64,000 nucleotides of DNA. Origin: Bugula neritina. Taxonomy: Eukaryota > Animalia > Bryozoa. The stretch is from NCBI GenBank assembly GCA_964035545.1, contig CAXIUT010000255.1:1-64000 (forward strand). Direction: 5' to 3'. The first letter of the stretch is position 1; every line of letters starts with the position of its first letter. Under the pieces are notes generated by a model, which saw only the letters and a program-made list of their open reading frames with translations, had not been told where the DNA came from and did not search any database. Below, one piece after another: positions 12,863 to 23,462 of this stretch. The position numbers and the translations under genes were made by a program.

Positions 12863-14563
12863 ATGAAAAATATTCATCGCCTACTACTCATAGTAGCACT
12901 GCTTAGTTGTCTTGATTCTTAACTGTTATATCCTTAGAGAACTAACAACATCTTGAAGGGGTCAAATAACTTCATGAAAGGTGACTAAAATTAGCTTTAT
13001 GGCAATAAAAATGTCATGGTTGGAGACTACAATAAATTTGCTGGAAATAGCAATGTAGGAATCGGCGACGATAATACTATAGTTGGAAATGATAATGGCC
13101 TCTTAGGAAGTTATAATACAGTTGTTGGAAATAAGAATCAGTTCAAAGGTGATGACAACAAAGTGGCTGGAAATAGCAATAAGTTCTTAGGAGATGAAAA
13201 TACAGTTATTGGAAATAGAAATAAATTCAAAGGAGATTCAAACAAGATACGTGGAAATGATAATGGCTTCTAGGGAAGTTAAAATACAGTTGTTGGAAAT
13301 AAGAATCAATTCAAAGGTGATTTCAACAAAGTGGCTGGAAATAGCAATAAGTTCTTAGGAGATGAAAATACAGTTATTGGAAATAGAAATAAATTCAAAG
13401 GAGATTCAAACAAGATACGTGGAAATGATAATGGCTTCTAGGGAAGTTATAATACAGTTGTTGGAAATAAGAATCAGTTCAAAGGTGATGACAACAAAGT
13501 GGCTGGAAATAGCAATAAGTTCTTAGGAGATGAAAATACAGTTATTGGACATAGAAATAAATTCAAAGGAGATTTAAACAAGATACGTGGAAATGATAAT
13601 GGCTTCTAGGGAAGTTAAAATACAGTTGTTGGAAATAAGAATCAATTCAAAGGTGATGACAACAAAGTGGCTGGAAATAGCAATAAGTTCTTAGGAGATG
13701 AAAATACAGTTATTGGAAATAGAAATAAATTCAAAGGAGATTCAAACAAGATACGTGGAAATGATAATGGCTTCTAGGGAAGTTATAATACAGTTGTTGG
13801 AAATAAGAATCAGTTCAAAGGTGATGACAACAAAGTGGCTGGAAATAGCAATAAGTTCTTAGGAGATGAAAATACAGTTATTGGACATAGAAATAAATTC
13901 AAAGGAGATTTAAACAAGATACGTGGAAATGATAATGGCTTCTAGGGAAGTTAAAATACAGTTGTTGGAAATAAGAATCAATTCAAAGGTGATTTCAACA
14001 AAGTGGCTGGAAATAGCAATAAGTTCTTAGGAGATGAAAATACAGTTATTGGACATAGAAATAAATTCAAAGGAGATTTAAATAAGATACGTGGAAATGA
14101 TAATAGTTTCAAAGGAAGTTACAATACAGTTGTTGGAAATAAGAATCAGTTTAAAGGTGATGACAACAAAATAGCTGGAAATAGTAATAAGTTCTTAGGA
14201 GATGAAAATATAGTTATTGGAAATAAAAATAAATTCAAAGGAGATTTTAATAAAGTTGTTGGAAGTTCTAATAATTTTTCAGGAAGTTTCAATTAGATCA
14301 AAGGGCATAAAAATAATTTCAAAGGTAGTTTTAACAAAATAGCTGGATCAGGCAATCTATTCAAAGGAAATAGTAATATAATTGTTGGAAATATAAACAC
14401 AGGAACAGGTTCTTTCAACAAAATCAAAGGGTTTGGAAATGGTTTTAAAGGAAACTTCAATAACATCGCTGGAAATTTAAATTCAGTCGTAGGTAATAAA
14501 AATTTTGTTCAAGGATCAGGAAATAGACTTAGCGGACATAATAACATCTTAATTAGTAAATGA
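12863..14563 (+). CDS. Secreted NxVxG heptad-repeat protein 2 (566 aa), no basic tail
   Basis: Signal peptide, ~77 heptads, continuous frame with TAR=Glu, ends NILISK-TGA. Confidence 0.88.
13091..14266. repeat. 168-nt (56 aa, 8 heptad) intragenic tandem repeat, ~7 copies
   Basis: GATAAT unit marker at 13091, 13259, 13427, 13595, 13763, 13931 and 14099. Confidence 0.9.
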
Positions 14564-15012
14564 AATTATTGATGAGCTGTAGGAAATGATCTACAATACT
14601 TTTAAATTAATAATACGAGAAATTTATTCATAATATTTTCAAATTCATTTTCTTTTATTTGAATATTGTTTAAGAATAGATATATTTTCGATGATAACTA
14701 TTGTCTTTAAAGAATATTGATAATATATATTGAGAAAGTAATGACTTTGATAGATATGGTGTTTAAAATCAAAATAATAAAAGTAGAAAAACTAAAAAAA
14801 TATGTTGTATCCGTAAGTCTGTACGTTAAGCCATTGCCACAAATCGAGTAATAACTAAATCTCTTCGTTATTGTCAACATGGATAAGGTACTATGAAGTA
14901 TATTTTTGAAGAAAAGTAAAAACTTCAGAAAAAGATGATAGATTTTTCAAACTAAACATTTATCTTTGTAAATTACAAGATGATAATACTTAAACGATAG
15001 TTAATCAGAACT

Positions 15013-15717
15013 ATCTATCAAAACTTACGACAGGAAATGTGTGCTGACTTAATAATGTTTTGAATGTCTATTTATCCCCTCTTCTCTTCTTTATTATCAT
15101 ATTTTGATCTCTATATTGACGTAGAACAAGTGACTGATTGAATATGATAAGGCTCATGCTGGTGTAGAACAAGTGACTGATTGAATATGATAAGGTTCAT
15201 GCTGAGGTAGAACAAGCGATTGATTGAAATTAATAATAAATATATCAGTACTGCATGTTGCCGATCTGTGTTTCCATGTCTTCTATCTTTTTTTCGAGAT
15301 TCAACATCTTCTTTCTGAGACTATCTTGGTCTTAGCTGAGATACAAAGCATCTTTCTCCACTCTTTGGAAGAGAGCTTGGTTGTAGTTGATAGACTTGTC
15401 TACGTTCTACTAATATTTAGTCAGATCTTTGTCGTAGATCTCTTTGATGTCGTCGAGATTGCGGTCGATGCTTTCGTAGGCTTGTTTGTTTTACAGTTTT
15501 ATGTCGTCGAATAGCTTTGTGTTAGCTGCTATTTCTTCATTGATTGTCTTGAAGTAGGTTTATAACTTTTCTACTCTGCCTTTTATGGGCTAGTTACCTG
15601 TCTGTTCCATTATATTATATTATTTCAAATCACATCAAGTAAATCAAAACCTAACTGATGAGAATATTTCATTTAAGATATATTTGATGCCATAGGTGCT
15701 CTTTCATTGATCCTTTT
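15013..15717. repeat. Segmental duplicate of ~9666-10370
   Basis: Near identity at offset 5347; carries the last codons of the DUF4378-like gene, the 43-bp minisatellite and the coiled-coil gene. Confidence 0.9.
15245..15610 (-). CDS. Small coiled-coil protein (121 aa), copy 2
   Basis: Same length and sequence as 9898-10263. Confidence 0.8.
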
Positions 15718-16120
15718 TTGTTATTAATTCTTGAATTTGAAAAAACAGAAAATATTCTTCTATTTTAAGCAATATTTTAAAAAGCATCATTTTTGAGATA
15801 GTTATAGATAAATTCTTCTAAAGATTTATGAGAAAATCATAAAAGAAGAGAAGATATTGGTCAAATATATTTTATGATATTTACCTTTTTAATAAAAACA
15901 TCAATTAGTCCAAAAACCTTGATAAAAATAAGCCAACTTTTCTTCATTAAGATTTTATTTGTCTTTCTGTTATTGAGATGATCTGATTTTTTTGTATTTT
16001 ATTGATCAAAGAATTATTTCTTTAAATAATAAAAAGAAGAATATAATAAAAAAGCAAATTCAAGTGAATTGTAACTATAAATGGAAGGATTTTATTTGAT
16101 AAATATCTTTAAATTCTTCT

Positions 16121-17101
16121 ATGAAAAACATTCACCACCTATTACTCATAGTAGTGTTGCTTAGTTGTCTTGATGCCTCTAGGGTTTGTCCTAAAAGAAT
16201 TAACAACATCTTAAGAGGATCGAACAACTTCATGAAAGGCAACAGAAATCAACTTTATGGCAATGGAAATACCATGGTTGGAAATTACAACAAGTTCGCT
16301 GGAAATAGCAACTTTGGAATCGGTGATGCCAATATTCTAGTTGGAAGTGGAAATAAGTTCAGAGGAAACTACAATCAAATTAAAGGAAATGGAAATCAGT
16401 TCCAAGGTTCTGCCAACAAAGTAGCTGGAAATGGAAATGATTTCTTCGGAAGTTGCAATACTATCTTTGGAAGCGGAAACCAATTCAAAGGTAATGCTAA
16501 TCAAGTAGCTGGAAATAGTAATCAGTTCTTTGGAAGCGGCAACACAGTCGTTGGAAGAAGAAACAAATTCAGAGGTAATTCTAACAAAATACGTGGATCA
16601 GGTAATTCTTTCTTAGGAAATAGTAATACCATCTTTGGATTTGGAAACAAAGGAAGAGGTTCTGGTAACAGAGTTGCTGGAAGCGGAAACGGTTTCTTAG
16701 GAAACTTTAATACCATCGTTGGGAAGTGCAATAAAGTCAAAGGTCATAAAAATGCACTGAAAGGATCAGGAAATCTTCTCACTGGAGTCGGCAATGTCCT
16801 GATTAGTGATAATTATGGAACTCCTAGATTGCCAAGGCGACCAAGATGCAATATTAGACGTACTTGTCAAGGACCACGACGATGTGTAATCAGAAATGGT
16901 AGAAAAATATGCTATAGGCCAAAACGAGGAGGAAGAACTTGTCAAGGACCACGACGATGTGTAATCAGAAATGGTAGAAAAATATGCTATAGGCCAAAAC
17001 GAGGAGGAAGAAGAAACTGTAGATTATATAAAAGAGGAAGAAGATGTAACAGAAGAAGAACAAAAGTTTGCAGAGGAGGAAGATGTTACTACAGATGTTG
17101 A
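16121..17101 (+). CDS. Secreted NxVxG heptad-repeat protein 3 (326 aa) with Cys/Arg tail
   Basis: Signal peptide, ~29 heptads, duplicated TCQGPRRCVIRNGRKICYRPKRGGR module, ends CRGGRCYYRC. Confidence 0.92.
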   Translation: MKNIHHLLLIVVLLSCLDASRVCPKRINNILRGSNNFMKGNRNQLYGNGNTMVGNYNKFAGNSNFGIGDANILVGSGNKFRGNYNQIKGNGNQFQGSANKVAGNGNDFFGSCNTIFGSGNQFKGNANQVAGNSNQFFGSGNTVVGRRNKFRGNSNKIRGSGNSFLGNSNTIFGFGNKGRGSGNRVAGSGNGFLGNFNTIVGKCNKVKGHKNALKGSGNLLTGVGNVLISDNYGTPRLPRRPRCNIRRTCQGPRRCVIRNGRKICYRPKRGGRTCQGPRRCVIRNGRKICYRPKRGGRRNCRLYKRGRRCNRRRTKVCRGGRCYYRC

Positions 17102-17469
17102 GCTGAAGAAATGATCTACCACACTTTTAAAATCAACAATAGTATTAATTAGACATAATTTTTAAAGCCTAATCTGATTTATTGAAAATTATGAAATATT
17201 TAGATTTTAAGATAATTTTATTGATAAAAAGTTGATAAAAGAATCACAAAGATAAATTATGATCAATAATGATATTCAAAATAAAGGTAAAAAATAGTTA
17301 GTATATTTTAGTTGTTACGAAAGTCGATGAGTTATTTTAGTTTTTATTGTAGTTAAGTAAACAAAGCTTCAAACAAGTAAGGTAGTTTCAATAGACTCAA
17401 TAATTGAATTTTTGAAATGAAAAAGTAGTAACATTATAATAATCGTTGATCTGAACCAATTTAAAAGCT

Positions 17470-17570
17470 ACCAGATCAAATATAACTCTCATATTACTTT
17501 TCTTCTCCTCCTTCTCCTTCTTTGATACTCTTTGTCAGGTTTTTTGATACCTACAACTACTCTTTCAAGC
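17470..17570 (-). pseudogene. Degenerate copy of the MYBBP1A-like gene 3' end
   Basis: CAGATCAA...CTTTGTCAGGTTTTT...TACTCT.TCAAG aligns by eye with 19151-19250. Confidence 0.55.
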
Positions 17571-17934
17571 AAAGTCAAACTTTTTGCAATATTTAAAATC
17601 ATTATGTTTCTTATTATTATTGATAAACTCATTTAACATCGTTCATATCAGTAAAAAAAGCTGAATTTTAGTGATTATTTAATATTTTATGAACTTTATT
17701 TTTTATATTTAATTTGATCAGTAAAAAAAACTTGATAAGAATCATATATTTTTTGTGAGGTAAGTTTAAAAAGTTATTCTGAATCAAAATGATCTTGTTT
17801 ATTTTGTTATTGACCAATAGAATAGTTAGTTTAGAAAATATCGAATAGAACAATATAATAAAATAGTAAATTCTAGTGTTTTCTAATCTAAAATTCTGAA
17901 TAGAACATTAGAATTTAGAATATAAACTCTTAAG

Positions 17935-18900
17935 ATGAAAACAGTTCAACACCTAGTCCTAATTGTAGTACTGCTTGGTTGTCTTGATGCCTCTACGATT
18001 CCTTCTTAATAGGTGAACAACATAATGAAGGGGTCTAACAACTTTATGAAGGGCAACAAAAATCAACTTTACGGAGATGGAAATTCAATGGTTGGAAATA
18101 AAAACAAATTTGCTGGAAATGACAATTTTGGAGTTGGAGATTCAAATATCCTAGTTGGAAATGGAAACATGTTCAAAGGTGACTAAAACAAAGTTAAAGG
18201 AAATGGAAATAAATTCAAAGGTACTGCTAACAAAGTAGCTGGTTCAGGGAATAAATTCTTAGGAAATCAGAATACTTTAATTGGAAATGGAAATAAGTTT
18301 AAAGGAAATAATAATAAAGTTGCTGGAAATGGAAATGGCTTTTAAGGAAATCGCAATACTATTATTGGAAATGGAAACCAAGGTTAAGGTTCTAATAACA
18401 AAATAGTTGGATCTGATAATGGCTTCGAAGGAGATTAAAATTTAATTGCAGGAAATGAAAACATGCTAAAAGGAAACGATAATACTATCATTGGACATAA
18501 TAATGCCATGAAAGGAGGAGGATACATTCTCCATGGAAACAAAAATACCATGATTTGTGAAGTATGTGGATCTCGTCCCCCTCCATTACCAGAGTTGCCA
18601 CCTTCTTATGAAAGACCGACTTCTTGTCTACCTCAAGGACTCCCACAACCATTTCAACAAAGAGGCAGAGGCAGAGGTAGAGGAAATAGAGGAAATAGAG
18701 GAGGTAGAGGAGGTAGAGGAAATAGAGGGAATAGAGGAGGTAGAAGAGGTAGAGGGAATAGAGGGAATAGAGGAAATAGAGGGAATAGAGGAGGTAGAAG
18801 AGGTAGAGGGAATAGAGGGAATAGAGGAAATAGAGGAAATAGAGGAGGTAGAGGATGTAGAGGAGGTAGAGGACAAACATATAGAGGTGGGTATTATTGA
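17935..18900 (+). CDS. Secreted NxVxG heptad-repeat protein 4 (321 aa) with (RGN/RGG)n tail
   Basis: MKTVQHLVLIVVLLGCLDA signal, ~26 heptads, Pro linker, RGNRGN repeats; in frame with track ORF 18463-18900. Confidence 0.9.
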
Positions 18901-18954
18901 TCTTTCATATTTTAATTTAGAATAACCTTACATAAATACTTTATTGATTTTTCT

Positions 18955-19042
18955 GGGGTTGGGGTTGGGGTTGGGGTTGGGGTTGGGGTTGGGGTTGGGG
19001 TTGGGGTTGGGGTTGGGGTTGGGGTTGGGGTTGGGGTTGGGG
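18955..19042. repeat. Internal telomeric array (GGGGTT)n
   Basis: Perfect units about 55 nt after the protein 4 stop. Confidence 0.95.
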
Positions 19043-19154
19043 AAATCCTCAAAAGTTATCCAAAATTTTATTTATTATACATTATTAGAAGAAAAGGGAC
19101 AAAAGTAATATTTAGTCTTAAGATATTTATTCAAATTTCATTTTAATTATCAGA

Positions 19155-21005
19155 TCAACTATCACTCTTCTCTTACTCTTCTTATTCTTTCCCTTCTTCC
19201 TCTAAATATTCTTTGTCAGGTTTTTGCAGCACTTCCATCATACTCTCAAGATCACTCGTAGTTATAAACGGAATTAGCTGTTCGAATAACTTTTATATTG
19301 AATGTCTCAAAAAGACAGGGGATCTGGTGAGTAGACTGATAATGGTTTAAACTAAAATATGAACAGGTTTTTTATTTTAGTGTTCAGCATTCAATTTTCT
19401 CTTCTTCTTGGGTTGCCCGTCATCTTGGATAAAAGTCTTATTTATATCTTTGAATGCCAGCTTTATATCCTCGTATAGTTATGCTTCTTAAGGATGGATC
19501 AGTAAGTAGTATCCAACTGTAAGTTGAAAGTTAGCGTATAAGATGATGAAGGGATGGGTCTATTCTTTGAAGGTTTTGAATTGAGAGCGGATGTCTTTGA
19601 TAGCTTATTGTATTTCTGGTTGGTTTTATTCTAGTTATAGGTTGTTGAAGTTTATTTTTGAGAGGATTAGTGCTTGTTTAGATAGCAATTTAGGTTTCTT
19701 TTTGGTGTGTGAGAGCCAGCTGTTAAATATACTATTTATTCTTTGTTGATATTTTTAACTTTTGTTGCTGTGATAGTTATTTACAAATATCTATACTGCT
19801 TTTGCCAGAGATTATGCCTTGATATTTTAAAAGTTAGTGGTTAAAAATATTTAAAACTCATTGATGGGCTGTATTATTTCTTATTCTGTCTACATATCTT
19901 GAGGTTATGGGCTGCAAAGAGGCAAGAGGTAGTTGAAATAGGTTTCAGGTTCTACGATTTGTATGAGTGGGAAGAGAGGGTGTTTGATGTTCATATTGGA
20001 CAGACTAATTTTAGCTTAATTTAGTTGTTTTAATATTTTAAAGGCAAGCAATGGATCTTATTAAAATGATACTTCAATATTCTATGCTTATCTTTTGATA
20101 TATTTGTTTTGCACTTTTAGTTGAGATAGCCAACATCCAATCAATGCTGGAGTCAAATATTTACTTATATTTTATTAAGATAATTTAACTCCTTTGAGAT
20201 AGGATCCTAATAATTGCAACAGATAGAACACTTTTTTGATATTGATTTATTCTTGACTACTTCCCAGTGCTTTTCCTAACTACTATTAGAAATATTTAGT
20301 GGGATCATTTAAAAACAAGCCCAAAGATGAACCCAAATGATCAATACAAATAGACCTTTTAGGATATTATGCTAATAGTTCATTGATGACATCTTTTATG
20401 CTTGCCTAGTTGATTGGTGTTTGTTTTTATTGGTTTTTGTTCGAAAGGATGGTATGGAATAGAAATCCGCTTTTTGTGTTGGGAGATATTTTGCTGATAA
20501 CTAGTTGACTTTTCTTACTGGTTGATAATTTATGTAGTAATTCTATTATTTGTTCTTCTAGTTAGTTTGATTTGTTCAGGAGGGATATCAGGTTGTTGAT
20601 TATGTCGATGTTGTCTTTGAGGAGGGGTGATAGGGCTTTGATTATGAGGATTTTTCCGATGAGGTAGCTTTGGATTTAGGTGGGTTTTGTCCCACATTGC
20701 TTTTTTATGTCTGTTTGACTGAAAATGAATGTTTTTAACGGGATGGTGTTTACTTATTTTTTTAGTTCTGGAATGAATTTTAGAAGGGCAGAGAGTGCGA
20801 AGTAGGAGTTGAACTTGATGTCTGGGTCTTTGGACAGACAGGAGGAGATGAATCTTTTGATGACGTATTATTGGTTGGTGTGGCAGTGGAAGAGTTAGGA
20901 GGGAGAAGTCCCTGGATCTTGTTTGAGTTGCTGGAGTAAGAGGTTGAGTGCCTCATGGGTGTACTTTTTGATGACTGTTTCTACTAGGGGAGACAAAGAA
21001 TGCAT
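19155..21005 (-). CDS. MYBBP1A/Pol5 (DNA polymerase phi family) nucleolar protein
   Basis: YVIKRFISSCLSKD..KFNSYFALSALL and VHILVETIISLLTRSPVFLRHSIEKLFEQL resemble Pol5/MYBBP1A motifs. Confidence 0.65.
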
Positions 21006-21075
21006 TGTTGATAGACTACTTATTATAACCTACCAGCTATAACCTATAATTAACTCATATCACAAAGATAAAATA

Positions 21076-22239
21076 TCATAATGCCAATGCATTACTCTCC
21101 ATTTTGTTGAGATTATACTTATGCAGTTGAGATTTACTTTAGTGATATTTCATTTGCTGCTAATCTTTGAATTTCCTTCCGCATAAAGGACACAGATAGA
21201 TAACAGTGACAACTTTCATCTACTTCTACCATTGTCTGGCCAACATCTAGGCTTGTCTTCTTTTGCTTTGTTCTGAAGTCATCTATCTGACCGGTTGATT
21301 CTTTTTTAGTTATTGTTAATGCTTTTACTTTAGCTGCTACATAGTTATTGCTGGTCTTGATTTTTACTATTAGATCTATTTTTGACGTTGACGCGTGTAG
21401 TAGTTATCTTCTACGTTATTTGTATCTTTGCTTTTCTTTTAGCGTTTGCTTGATTAGTATGGTAGTGGTTTGAAGCTTTAGTCATCTGATCTGTTCCGTG
21501 AATACATTATGCTAACCTTTCTTCCACCGATAGTAAATTTAGGGTCATTGGCTTATCTGTAAGCTTGTGCTGTTTATTCTGGAGAATAGAACTAGATGAA
21601 GGCAAAATCTTTGAACCTACCAGTCATTTTATTTCTGATTTGTCTGATATCTCTGACAGGTACTATGGACTAGAATATTTCCAATAAGATATTTTATTAT
21701 AGGTCGCTGATGACAGGACCTCTGATCATGAGGCTACAGTTGTCTGCTGATTATTACCTAAATGGTCTTGTGGTTGGTTGTGTACTGTAGCTGAGTTTAC
21801 AGGAGTTGACTTTTTATGACTCGCAGCGATAGCATTTAAATCTTCTGGCAAAGTTTTTATAATCGCATTTATCGCAATACCAATCATAGGCTACTGTGAG
21901 GTCTATTTTTCTGATAGGATAGTATTGCAGTTTTATCTTTTTTGAACCTATCTGTAGTTATCCTGAAAGGTGCTAGAAGATGGTTTTTGCTGCTTGCACG
22001 CTAGGATATCTCACATATATCTTTAAGTTTTGGATATCGATCTAATCTGGAATGCTTGTGCCTGCTGTGATGCTTAAATCTGTGAAGGTTTGTTAGGGAT
22101 TGCTCAAAATGTTTGCTGGATTTTAGAGCATGAGGGTCTTAGTTTATTCTAGTTTGTATTTAGGAAGAGATAGGGTTTTATCTTATAGTGTTTATTGATG
22201 TTCTGGTTGGCTGATTTAGTTGTTCTAATGATAGTGCAT
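21076..22239 (-). CDS. RBM5/RBM10-like splicing factor
   Basis: RanBP2 finger DWYCDKCDYKNFARRFKCYRC, RRM-like DFAFIEFYS, C2H2 finger CPLCGRKF..HESKSQLHK. Confidence 0.8.
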
Positions 22240-22253
22240 ATATAATACAACCG

Positions 22254-23369
22254 ATGAGTAAAGATGAGTTGACTGTATAGGTGGTAGACCGCAGGTTACA
22301 GGTAGATCTAGATGAAGAAGAAGGGGCTAGCAAATCAGTTAATGAATTTATGCCTGCCCAGGGATTCTAAGTCAAAAAATAATAATATGAATAGTAGCCA
22401 TAGTAGGAGTAGGTGCATTACAAACTGTAGAAGTTACTACCTAAACAGAATCACAAGGAGAGGCTGATTGAGCAGAACATAAAATTGAAGACTCAGATAT
22501 ACTAGTTAGCTAAGCAGTTGGATGAGATATTGATTAAGGATAAATCGAAGAAGAAGAATTATGGAATCGGGATTAATAAGATCGATGAGGAAGACGAGTT
22601 GATTCGAGAGAGACGGTTGGAAGTGCAGAGACAGCAGATGGAATTGATGGATCTTAAAAATAAAATATTTATTGCCAAGAGACAGTTGTAGTGTGTCTAT
22701 AACAATGATGTCATTAATGCCAAGTAGGACTAACTTAGAACTTTGAAAGGATAACTAAAGACTCTATAGGACTAGAAGTAGGGACATTTAAATATCCAAA
22801 AATTACAGAATAAGGCGCTAAAAGTAGTTAAGAACGAGTAGTAGTACGGCTAGAAGATGAGAAACGTGGTGGGTGAATGCGGTCGATTACGTAAATAGAC
22901 AAAGCAGTTGATATAGAAGATAAGTTTTTCCTAAAAGCAATTGATGAAAACTCATGCTTCTTACATTGACAAACACTAGCATTTGAGGGAAGTCGAGCAG
23001 AAGTTGGCGATTAATAAGGAGAAGGGCAAGAACAAGAAGCAGAAAGATAGTTTGATAACTGATCAGATGATTCATAGTATGGAGAATGATATTAGGCAGT
23101 TGTAGGGAGAGAGGAAAGAGGGAGAGAAGAGTTGGCAGGAGAAGATTAGGGCGGTTGATTTGGAGCTGATTATTAAGAGGAATTAGGAGGAGAAGAAGTT
23201 GTTGATTTTGAAAGATAAAGAAAGAGAATTGAAGTTGAATTAGTTGAAAATTAGAGAAATGAAGAAGATGGTTAGACAAGTTGAAGAAGGATAAGCTAGA
23301 AGGACTGCGCAGGATATGGATATGTCGCAATTCAGACATAAAAGAAATATCAGATATCTGGAGAAGTGA
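22254..23369 (+). CDS. Coiled-coil protein (~371 aa)
   Basis: Continuous E/K/Q-rich frame from ATG to TGA. Confidence 0.7.
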
Positions 23370-23462
23370 TTGGCTTATACTTGTGCATTGAATTTTGACA
23401 AAGTTAATAAGGATTATAATTGTTTTTAGTTTGATGGATAGTTGATTGAAGATTATAATAGA

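Noticed and set aside
14700-15010. Possible transposon or IES remnant between duplicated units
   Set aside because: No terminal repeats, target-site duplication or transposase motif that I can support
10775-18900. Firm call as ice-binding or ice-nucleation proteins
   Set aside because: Repeat spacing matches LpIBP, but regular outward Thr/Ser rows are lacking; kept only as a testable alternative
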